From contig FLMG01002354.1 of assembly GCA_900088475.1 (NCBI GenBank), positions 31,208 through 95,207 of the forward strand: a stretch of 64,000 nucleotides of DNA. The letters run 5' to 3'. Shown in pieces: positions 10,503 to 21,451 of this stretch (its first letter is position 1; each line of letters starts with the position of its first letter). The position numbers were made by a program, and so were the translations under genes. Under the pieces are notes generated by a model that was not told where the DNA came from, did not search any database, and saw only the letters and a program-made list of their open reading frames with translations. This stretch comes from Hyphochytrium catenoides (taxonomy: Eukaryota > Protista > Hyphochytriomycota).

Positions 10503-13500
10503 CTAGTGACCCTGTTCCTTCTTCTTACCGCTTCCTGACACGATGTCGTCAATACGAAGGAGCATGCACGATGCCTAGTTTGAGAAAAGAGAGCAACAAA
10601 TGTCAGCCACTTCGACGCTCTTAAGTGTAGTCTCCCGGTTAATCGGTCCTTTCAATCTATCGAGTAGCACTTCTCTTAAGTTTACCTCGATAGCGGTCTT
10701 GATAGTCTGGCTTTTAACGACAAAAGGCTCCCATATGCCCAGGTCATTCATATCAGCTAGCACACCCTTGGTTCCATCGATGCCCCACGTCGGATTGGCG
10801 CCGTTTGCATGCTTGGCCTGCAATTAAGGAGGCAAATGACAAGACGAGTGGATGTAACGAGAAGGCTAGTGAGAAACTCAGAGCTATTAAGTTGCTGGAA
10901 GACCACAGGCAACAAGAGGGAGATAACGCCGATCACGTCATGGAGATATGCAAATCATGTTATGGAGATATGAGGAAGATTTTCTACATACAAGGACGTT
11001 ATAGAGTAAGAGAGAATAGAACAGGAAAGCATGGTGTCAGATATCCGGAAGGTATAACTTGGCAAAAGGAAAGGCTGAGAGATTTAAGCAAGAGACTCCT
11101 CTGAAGGTCAGTCCTACCCTGAGCTGTGTCATAATCCGCACAGTATCAGCCCCACAGTTCTCACACAATGTCCTTGGAATGACTTCCAGAGCCTAGAGAA
11201 TGCGTGTCAGTTTAAATGAGAGTCACTTATGATGCTTTCGGTTGGCCCCATGTTTATGAAGGCCTGCTCTTCGTCTATACGTGTGCTTCTGTGTCTATCC
11301 AACTGTTGGTATATGTGCTGCAAAGTGAAGTACCACTCCCTCTCTGTTTTTTCTTATCACGCCTTGTGTCGAATACGCTCCTTTCATGATTGTTGAGCGT
11401 TCTTCAGCTTCACCCCCTGTCGTACCTGTCCAATAGCCCGGAATGGCCATTGCTCCACGCCTTCAACGCTCTGCGCTGCCGTCGAGATGGCAGCAGCAAC
11501 GCTCATTTCGGTGGCCCCACCTAGAGCGAAAGAGAGCAACGAAGACTTAGCACCCTAGACCGTGGCCAGGTGACCAAGTTCGCAAAAGTAGACAATCTAC
11601 TAGCCAGGTCTGAATGATAGAGAGTATATTGAGAACAATAGAGCGACAATTAAAGGACATCGCCTACCGCGGGCATGCGAGTAACAAATGACTATGGAGG
11701 TTAAAGCCAACTATGACCTAACGCGCCAAGCTGCCCATGAAAGTATAGTGGGAGGATGGAAGAGGTAACAGAGAATGGCAAGGAATGCTGCCACGGTAGC
11801 GGCACGGGACTCACCGCCAGGTAGGAGCAAAGGCTCGAAGACCACGTTCCTCGCCACCAGCATGGCATCTTGCAGGTTTCTCTCAACTTCATTAAGGACG
11901 TCCTTGCTCCCTCCTCTGAGGAGGATGGTGCATGCCTTGGGGTCCTTGCACTTCTCAAAGAAAGCAAAATATTCGTCTCCAATCTTACGAACCTGTACAC
12001 AAGACCAGAATAAGGGAGAGACTAAGGTCCAAGAGACGAGAAGGACATAAATTCTGTAAGGATAGGAGAAATCTCGGGAAGAGATTACTGCAGGTTCTGA
12101 GAGATTTAGGCCAGCAGCGCAACTACTTTTTCTATAAAAGTTATAAGAGAGCGAGAGGTCACCCCGACAATACATACCTCGAAGAGGCCACATCCAGTCC
12201 CTATATCTGACTCCTGAATCTCATCCGTTCTGTTGACGATAGTGGCGCCAACAGCACGAGCAACACGGTTGTTATCAGTCTTACGTAGACGGCGAAGGGC
12301 AGTGATATTGGCCTTAACGAAATAATGCTGAGCCAGGTCTAGACATAAAGAGCAGAACGTTAGCCAACAAGGAACTAGAAACAAGGTCTATGAGCTTGAC
12401 CTCACCTGAAATGCCTTTCTCTGTGATGACAATATCAGGCTTGAAAGCAACGATCTCCGCGCACATCTTCTCAATGTACTCTTCCTCCATTCGTAGAATA
12501 GTGTTGAAGTCCTCTTCCTTCGTCATCTCTAGGTTGGCCTGGGTCTCTGTCTTCTTATACTCCAGAGGGCAATCTAGGAGCAGTACACGAGGGTTCTCAA
12601 TACGCCTACATAAGAGAAAGAAAGAGCAGAGGTCAGTCCCTCTGCTTCACACTATATCTTTTGGCATTCCGTTCCGCGCTCTTTTAGTCCGTAGCATCTC
12701 CAAGCTTTCCTTTGGCCCTACCCACGTTGTTATCAGGCCAACCTTCGGGCATTGAGCTCTTTGCTTACCGTCTCATCTTAGGATGGGTAATATCCTTGTT
12801 GAACATGACGCCATCGATCACACGGCAATCTTCCAATTCGCCGCCTGGGATCTGACGGATCGCAGAATGGAAAGTGGTAAGAGGCCAAGGATATCTACAT
12901 CTGCTGAACGGAGAGGGCACCTTTTCAACTTTCGCATAGCGCTTGATGTCCACCTCCTTGCGTCCCCCCTGGAGGTCTCTGGCTACCCTGCGGACTGCCT
13001 GGAATGCGAGGTCGCACATCAGGTTGCCCCATCTGGAGCTAAACTTTGTGCCGATCGAAGAGGAAATGATTTTGCGCATCTGCTCTGGGTCCTCAATGTC
13101 TACAGGCTTGGCCAGCTTTTTCATCACCTTCAGTAGCAAGAGGCGGAAGGTTAGAAGCGGAGGAAGGGGTGGAGATCAAGAGAGAACTGAGTTGGTCTAG
13201 TTCTAGAATTCCCCTTAGAGGTCCATGACTAAGCACGCACCTCTATCGCATGCTGCAACGCCTTGTTATATCCTCGGACAATGACTGTGGGATGCATATT
13301 TCTATGCAATAATGGCTCAGCGAGCACCAGAAGCTCGCCAGCTGCGTAGTTGTACACAATGGTCAGAATTTCCGCTAATGAATCATCATCAAAGCCGCCA
13401 CTTACCAAGAATGATCACAGATGTGGTCCCGTCTCCCACTTCCTCGTCCTGGGCCCTACTCAGCTCTATCATGCTCTTTCCCGCTGGATGTGCAATATCA

Positions 13501-13846
13501 ATCTCACGAAGAATAGCGTGACCGTCATTCGTCATTACTACTCCGCCCATAGGGTCCAACAGCATCTTCAACATTGACCGCGGGCCTAGGGTCGTTCGGA
13601 TGATATCCGAGACAGCCTGCCAGAACTTCCTTTAACTGAAGCTCCTGCAAGAAAAAGACAGCAGGTCTAGCTTACCTTAGCTGCGGCAATGTTACCAAGC
13701 TGCGCTGTGCGCCCTGTTTCCCTCCTGGTCTTTGCATCTGACAGAACAGGGACAAAGTCGGTCAGTTTTAAGCAGTAGCGGAAGTTTGAGTCACTAGGAG
13801 ACTATATAACAACAGGCTTACTTAGTACTACCACGGGAGCCTGCAT
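10503..13846 (-). CDS. CCT3: T-complex protein 1 subunit gamma (CCT/TRiC chaperonin), multi-exon
   Basis: MQAPVVVL start, RTTLGPRSMLKMLLDPMGG, TNDG, QDEEVGDGTTSV, VDIKRYAKVEK, THPKMRR, CKDPKACTILLRG, NEVERNLQDA, LLRIDDIVSG. Stop at 10503-10505. Confidence 0.97.
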
Positions 13847-14524
13847 GCTTCCTTTGCCTGGCGTTATGACAGCTGGAACCGTTCAATGCTCTCCAGCCTT
13901 GTATTTACTTCGTAGAGCACACGAATCAGCAGCTCAAGGCTCCAAAGTGAGAGAGAACGTAGAGCTTCATCAGAAGGTGCAGCTTGCTTGTCTGTCTGTT
14001 GGTGGCAAGGATTCGACGGCAAAGAAGCTTTGGATTTTCGCTGTGTGAGGCGATGATGCGAAGATTGACAAAATGAGGCTGTATGAGACGTATTACTACT
14101 GCACTCACAAAGGGCGCCCTCAAAGTGTAGAGCTTAAGCTGTGGACGTACTACTGCAGAAGGAGTCCGCTAACGTAGGAAACCTATTGATAACCTTAAAG
14201 GGATTAACCAGTCTGGCAAAATATTGATATCCCGATGCTCTGATTTCGGTTCTTGTTGAGATTATTGTTGATGATGGGGGACCATAATAAAGGCCTATGA
14301 AGACCATAAAGGCCTATCTATGAAGGTGTTGTTGGTTGGACTGTGGAGCTCTCACCTCTTCCATCCAATCCAGCTCTCTTAACGCATCTCCCGATTGCCA
14401 TGGGAAGACGTGACAGGGTTCTACATAATGGGAGTAGAGATAAGATTTGAATTGATACTTATTATTTTACTATATGGGCACACGGGCGGCTGCCATCATA
14501 CATTAGCAATAGTGGGAATAAATA

Positions 14525-15778
14525 CTAGGCGTCGGTCGGAGGAGGCTTGTTATTCGGTGAAGGGATGTTGAGCTTCTCCGCCAGAAACTCCGTGTACATT
14601 TGACGCTCTTTCTCAAGCAGCTCACGATTCTTGAGGTCAGATCGGCAGAAGAGAATACCACCCGAAGTGTCAAACGTGAAGCACTTGTCAATAATAAGGT
14701 ATATGGTAGAACGCTCACCTGTGTCCGCCGGTACTCCTCCTTGTCTTGTTTTCTTTGCCTCTCAGCTCTTTGTGCAGCCTAGAGGGGCGGAGGCAAAACG
14801 CGTTAAAGCCCGCTGGTCAGCACCAACCGCCAAGCAACAAACTCTACCAGCATATCCTGCTTTCTGTGGGCATTTGTCTTTTCAAGATCATACAGGGCCT
14901 TTAAACGCTTCTCTTCCATTTGAATAGCCCTCTTTTCTTTGCGTAGGGTTTCCAGATCTGCCTCTTGCTGAAGTGCCTGATAAATTTTAGGAGTTCTAGT
15001 TTAGCACAGTCCCTTGACACTTGCCTCCCACTGCATACACTGTATACAAAGCTCACATACCTGCAAAATTATGTCGTTTTTGACCTTTTCCTTTCTTTGC
15101 TGAACTACTTTCTGGCGTCTTGATTCTTCTCTAAGCCTCATCCGATGCTCCTACACCCTTTGACCCTCAGATGACGTTTATATATTCAGAGATAGCGTAG
15201 ATATCTTACCTCATCTATCCTTTCTTGTTCTGCCAGTAGGTCTACTCTGAACGGACTCTTCTGTAGTTTGGATTGCCACTTCTGGGATTGCTTTTGCTTG
15301 TTCATTACTTTCATTTCCCTTTGTGCTTTCTCCTCATTCAGCATCTTTTCCTTTGTCTTATGTCTCAAGTCAATCTTCTCATGCATAATATCAGACGATG
15401 AGCGTTCTAAGGCCAAACTTGTAACCTAGTGTGAGTTTGCAAAGCATTATGGTCATCATCGCGCAGTATACTCTCATACCTTTTCGGACTGCTGAGACGA
15501 AGTCCCTTCATTTGACCGGCTGAGGCGGAGTCTTAGTTACACAACCATACGCCGATGCAATGCCAGACAGAACCTCACCTAGAGCTCCGGTGTTCTTGCT
15601 CGACATCCTTCAGGGCACGCTTAATGCTTCCCAACCCCTCCGATTCTGAAGCCCCGACTAGTTTCTCCTCGCGGCAGACGGAGATCTAAAACTGCGGACT
15701 AACCCTTGTTTGTAGCTGGCCACTCTGAAGCTTCAGAATGCTCGATGATGTTGAACTCACGTGCCCATCAACACACAT
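14525..15778 (-). CDS. Uncharacterised charged coiled-coil protein, multi-exon; start codon uncertain
   Basis: Phase-consistent exons: ...LQKSPFRVDLLAEQERIDE|EHRMRLREESRRQK...NDIILQ|ALQQEADLETLRKEKRAIQMEEKRLKALYDLEK...DML|AAQRAERQRK...Q|NRELLEKERQMY...PTDA*. Confidence 0.75.
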
Positions 15779-16303
15779 TGTAACAGCTCCCTTTAAAGCA
15801 CCGCACTTTAGCCGGTAACGATAATCAGCTCTATCATCTTCTCTATTGTGCAGGAGGTCGAAGGGGAGCTCTGTAAGGCCAGGGTCTTTAATCCCATCAT
15901 GTGAGTTAAAAATCAATGAGTGATTCTGGTACTTCTGTGTTCCTACTCCCTACTCCTCGTAGTGGTGATGAGTTGAGTTGATGGCTATTGAGAGAGGCCA
16001 ATCTGTGAGGCTTTGTAGGGAGGAGACAGAAGAAAGAGCATCAGAATCAGCATCAGAAGTCTGCCGCCTGCTCTTTCAAGAGACGCTCTTCGTTGGCCAG
16101 CTCCCGTTTCGGGTCCAAGCCCTTCTTTCTTGTATGATCGTCATGGCCTATAGTTAGTAAGGTTGGGTGTGGCCGGTAAGCTTTGTCGGGCATCATGGTT
16201 TGACGTTTCGACATATGCCACCGCCTCGGACTCCTGGGTCAAGAGTGGACACTTAGTCAAGTAGTCGGCATTCCGAAGAGGTGTTAGCAGTACGAGATCG
16301 GAT

Positions 16304-17162
16304 ATGGCAGACCAAACCGTAATAATCTCGGATGATATCCAGATACTGCTCTCCGAAACTCTAGATGAAGATCAACTGGCTCCTGTCTTCTCGGACACAT
16401 GGACCGGAAGCCAGGTTCAGAGCAAATCTCCATTACAAGTTAGTAGTACACTCACCTCTAACGTCACTTGCGTAGATCTGGCATGCGTCAAAGCTACTTT
16501 GCGAGTACCTCCACACAGTCGAAGAGTGGCATAAGAGGATATCACCCGTTGATAGGGTTATTGAGCTTGGAAGTGGCTGGTAAAGTGTGGAACTGCGGCT
16601 TACTAAACACTATCATAAGTGGGGATGACCCAATGGCCTTTCACGTCCCTCCAGCGGCCTTTGCGGAATTTATGCAGCAAGGCTAGGCGCACAGGTGGTC
16701 TTGACGGATCAACAGGAGATAGTCCCACTCCTGAGGAAGAACATTGCACTTAATTTCTGTGCAGACAGTGCTACAACTAGCATAGTAGCTATCGGTTACC
16801 TATGGGGCACTACATGGCCAGAGTCCATGCCAACTTTTCAAAGGCCATCTCACATTCTCATCTCAGATTGTAGGAACTGTCATCTTTTACGCCCGTCGTA
16901 TTTTTCTTTGTCTGACACATGCTGGGCAGGTATCAATCCCATTTATGGCGCGGAATCCTGGAGAAAGTTAGCAGACAGCATCGTGGCACTAGCACATGAG
17001 GAGACTGAAGTGTTCATGTCCCACCAGGTGCGAGGCGGGGACGAAGCGTTTGCCGAATTCTGCAGTTATAGTCGCCAGGTCCTACATACCAAGCTCGTCC
17101 ACACGTATTCCAGGGATGGAGACATTATTTTGATTCATAAACTAAGCATTATATCTGCCTAG
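16304..17162 (+). CDS. Seven-beta-strand protein-lysine methyltransferase (Methyltransf_16 / METTL21-like), 4 exons
   Basis: Spliced WTGSQ|IWHASKLLCEYL...RVIELGSG|CGLCGIYAARLGAQVVLTDQ..IVPLLRKNI...YLWG...HILISDC|INPIYG. Contains SAM motif I (ELGSGCG), post-I LTD and a DxxY-like motif. Confidence 0.88.
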
Positions 17163-17198
17163 CCTTACAACCTTGTGTTGGTCCATATGCTAGCCACT

Positions 17199-19063
17199 TT
17201 ATACCTCAGGCCAAGCTGCCCGTTCTGCCTCAGGAAATGAGGCGATGTGCTTGAGCCATCGCGCAATGTTAGGGGTCTTCTTGGGGTCAACACCACCCTG
17301 GGACACGTGCTTGAAGCGTGCATTGTCAGCAGCCGTGGGCGTGTACCCCCCAACGTAGCTCTGAGCTCCAAGAACTTTTTCAAGCTCCTTTAGTCCATCC
17401 TGACATACTGCAGGCATCTCAGCATTCTTAGCAGGAGAAGCCACAGACTTCTTAGCAGGTGACACAGGCGCGGGCTGAGCTCCTGGCGCCACCTTCTTCT
17501 TTGGAGATTGGGGAGTTACTTGCAGAGGAGCTGAGACCTGCTTTTTTGCCTCCGTTGCTGGCTTCTTTGCATCAATGGCCTTCTCTTTCTTACCCCCAGA
17601 AGGTTTCCCTTTCTGCTCTCCACCCTTCTCACCTTGGGGTTTAGCGCCCTTCTTGACCTCAGCCTTTGCCATCTTCTTCGCTTGCACGTTCTCCTTTGCC
17701 TCCCGAACGAACGGGAAGAACGTGACCCCTCCACAAAACGGCACAAGTACCTCAGGGACTAGGACGCCATCCTTGGTCTGATAGTTCTCCAGAATGCAAC
17801 AGATCGTACGTGTCGTGGCACAGAGAGTGGCGTTCAGCATGTGAACGTACTTCTTCTCTGTTTGGCCCATCTTCTTCATTCCGCATCGAATTTCCATTGC
17901 GCGGGATTGGTAATCTGTGCAGTTGGAACAGGAGACAAGCTCGCGGTATTCCTGATATGCAGGAAACCAAGCCTCAAGATCAAGCTTCTTCGCTGCAGCG
18001 TTGTTGAGGTCTCCAGACACGATGTTCACTACGTGGTAAGGAAGGTTGAGGCTTTGATAGAACTCTTCTGCTGTTTCAAGAAGCTCCTTCTGAGATTCAA
18101 CAGATTTCTCTGGTTCCGTGATCATGAATTGCTCGACCTTTTCAAACTGGTGGACGCGGAATATTCCCCAGGTATCCTTTCCATGCTTTCCTGCTTCTTT
18201 CCTGAAGCATGTAGAGTACCCAGCATAACGCTTGGGCAGTTCGCTTTCATTAAGCCACTCATTCTTATGGAACCCGCAGATGGGCTGCTCTGAGGTTGCG
18301 ATGAGGTACTTCTCGTCTTCTCCGGTCACCTTGTACAGCGCTTCATCGAACTCCTCGAGCTGTGCCACTCCTGCCATGACATCCTTATTCATGAAGAAAG
18401 GAGGCTGCATTACCGTGTACTGCTTCTTTGTAAGAAAGGCGATGCCGTAGTTGATCAATGCCTGATTCAGTAGCACTCCTGGTCCCGTAAGAAAGTAGGC
18501 GCGATGGCCAGCAATCGCCGCTCCCTTATCAGGCTCGTAACCTCCAATTCGCCAAAGGATGTCGTGGTGGTGAAGCAGGTCGGCCTCTATTCTTCTCTCT
18601 CCCCATAGCTTCTCTACCCTGTTGTCCTTCTCATCTGTGGAGACAGGTACATCGTCATCCACAATATTTCCTATCTTGCTAAGCTCGACTTCAAGCATGG
18701 TCTTCTTTGCAGTCTCATCTACTTTCAGCTGCGGTTCTGACACAGCGAGGGCTTTCCGTTTTGTGATCAATTCTGAGGCGTCCTCTTTGGCCTTCATTTT
18801 GTCCTTGATCTGACTGTTGAGGGCATTCATCTCCTTCTGACATTTTTCCAGTGCCACAACTGCTGCGCGCCAATCCTACCAGTCAATAGCTGTTATGATT
18901 GAAGCCATTATCATCGTAATAACGAGGACACACGGGTTACCTGATCTAACTGGATGACCTTGTCGACAAGCTCTACAGATGCGTTTCTCTTCTTTTGTGA
19001 CTCTCGTACCAGGTCGGGATTCCCTCCGCGTTCAGGCCGTAGGAGATTAATGTCGATAGGCAT
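17199..19063 (-). CDS. SARS1: Cytosolic seryl-tRNA synthetase with C-terminal eEF1B-beta-like GST domain; 2 exons (intron 18876-18940)
   Basis: MPIDINLLR..RGGNPDLVRESQKKR, YLIATSEQP, motif 2 CFRKEAG..GKDTWGIFRVHQFEKVEQF, ELVSCSNCTDYQSR, motif 3 HMLNATLCATTRTICCILENYQ. Confidence 0.97.
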
Positions 19064-19869
19064 CTTTCCTTTAGCCCTTTTCGCTCTCCGCACTGCAGAC
19101 GAGCTTCACTGAGACTCAGAAAATAGCTCTGTGAGCTTGTAGACTGGATAGCCGCCAAGGCTGGCACAGTTGACATGCGAGCACCTTACAACTATAACGA
19201 AGGAAGGGATGTTGGAGGGGAGAGGGCACTCTCATCAACTCTGTGGTTCTGGATGACGAGAAGAATCTTATGGCTTTAATAGTCCTCTGTCTGCGTAGGC
19301 ACAGGCCATGAATTCATAAAGCCCTCAAAGCTATAATGCTTATATATAACCTAGATGTGATTAGAGGTGTTCATTATATAGTTGGATTGTAACTATTATA
19401 ACCCAAATCTTTTTTATGCTTCTTTATTATCTGTCGGAAAGAAATATCACGTACATCAGAACAACGCGCCTTAATTCGACGCTATATTTATTTACTGGTA
19501 GTATAGAAGGCTGTACGAAGCCTACCGCTTTAGTTGGGAGACTTATTACTAGCACAGTGACTGAGCTCTGCGCCAGCGATAACCTTGAATAGTCGTATAC
19601 GCTATCAATGAAGGTACAAAGAACGAGACCGCTGCATGTAAGAAGTTTCTTCAGGTGGTCGCCTCATCAGATTCATCGGATTGCTCACTTGGTCTCCATC
19701 ATCTTCGATGCCGCCCACATGCAGCTTCAGACTTCGTGCTCTACCGAGGAACTGAAGATCATCGCGGGTCAGAACCGCTTTTAAAGAGATGCTATGATAA
19801 AGCTATAACAGTAGCTTGGCTGTACATTGCCTTTGGACGAAGACCACCATACTAGACTTTGTTGCCATC

Positions 19870-21064
19870 ATGGTCGAGGAGACTACGCAACCGAAGACTT
19901 CCGTGAAGGAAGAACGGGAGTACTTAACATGCAAGGGCTTCTTTCTCTTCTCTAATGCGCTCGGATATAAAGTTGGACCTACTTGCATAGGGTAAGCAAA
20001 GGTATCGCAATGGACGACATGGCAAGCTCTCACATCTGATCGCCCTCATCAGAATCAAGAAGAGGTTTGAAAAGGGGTCAGGAGACGCTCTGGCGGTCGA
20101 TGATCTACTTGGCACAAAGAATGCCATAAACGACTTAGGTTAGTCAGCTTTTCTGTCTCCCATTGTGATCTCACTAAATGTCTGACCAGATATCCACTCA
20201 GAGGACACGCAAAAGTTTAATCTCAGCTTTGGGTTTTCAATATACACGCCCAGAACGTACGTAACGCACCTGTATCATCACAGGCAACCTTCCTCCTTCT
20301 CCTCTAACCGTCGTGCACTTCACCTCTTCTGCCACTCTTCATGATTGCAGAAAGGATGGCAATTTCATCGTGCTACCATTACGGCAGATCTTGAGAGTTA
20401 GCGTTCATGCAAAGAAGAGTGACGAGATCCAAGGTCGCGAGATAGATAAAGGTAAGAGCTTCACAGGACTAACACAGCCATTCAAAGGTCAGATTCCCAC
20501 TCAGACGTGCAATCTTACTTTGCTCTTGTTCGTCACCGCTTCCTGGAAAGGACCTTCCAAAAAGGAACGGGTCCCGCTTAAGACTCCAGATAAAGATCTG
20601 CCACTTTCACGAGTGACCGAAGTTTGGCGTCGAACACTCCTCCGCGATAACCTGTTAGGGGATATACAGCGAATCTGGGGTTTTGACAAGCCCAACGGAA
20701 TTAAAACGGTCAGTTCTTCACCATACATTATCACGCTATGCAATCTGTCTTTCTGTTGATGTGCGCCCTAGTACCTGAATCGTTGGGACCTCGGATTTCG
20801 GGTCCTCGTACGTAGCGTGGTTGTCGTTGACCTGACTTAGTGGCAGTAAGCGGTGCTCAAATGTTCTATTTGTGCCTTTTTGCCTGGCTAAGACTTGCTG
20901 TATCTTGACTACGTGCATACACACTCTACGGCGTTGCTAACTGGTCCATCTAGTTCCCATCACGATTTGCCGAGCACTGGAAACACATTGGAACCATGTG
21001 GGCGAGGATTGCACAGAGAAGATTAGAAGCGCTAAGTGAAAAGCTTCGGCGGCAGAAACCGTAA
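19870..21064 (+). CDS. Hypothetical protein, about 7 exons; weak resemblance to an uncharacterised plant family (SCKG..YS...P.C.G pattern)
   Basis: All intron phases are consistent: MVEETTQPK...LTCKGFFLFSNALGYKVGPTCIG|IKKRFE...NDL|DIHSE...FGFSIYTPRT|KDGNFIVLPL...DK|GPSK...IKT|YLNRWDLGFRVL|FPSRFAEHW...RQKP*. Confidence 0.65.
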
Positions 21065-21451
21065 AGCAAGAAGGGGGTCACCAACTCGTGCCAAACGCTG
21101 AGCGGAGACAGCAGGCGTAGCTATCGATGTACAAAGCCGTCAGAATTTATCGCCGTCAGCACTCTGTCCATCACGTACTCGTCTGACCCTATAAGATGTC
21201 AATAGTGTGGCCAACCCTATGTTAAGACTATCACAAGTCAGGAGCCAATTGATTGCAAAGCAGCAAGCAGTTGGCTCTGTCGGGGTTGCGCAATGATGGG
21301 ACATCCAGTGCGCTTGACAAAGTGCACTATGACGATTTGCTTCTTTTTTTTTGAGAAAGTGGGCCATGGAAGTAAAAAGAGGGAAGTGGCGGAGGTTGAA
21401 GATGAAAGAAAAGAGACAAGTTAACTTCTTCATAAAAGCGTAAGGTCCTGT

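Noticed and set aside
14280-14325. Short imperfect duplication GACCATAA...AGGCCTA...TGAAG
   Set aside because: Two copies only; ordinary slippage.
16304-19063. Methyltransferase next to SerRS as the METTL6/Trm140 tRNA-Ser m3C partner
   Set aside because: Motifs (W..S..L, ELGSGCG, LTD, LxWG) indicate the protein-lysine Methyltransf_16 family, not METTL2/6.
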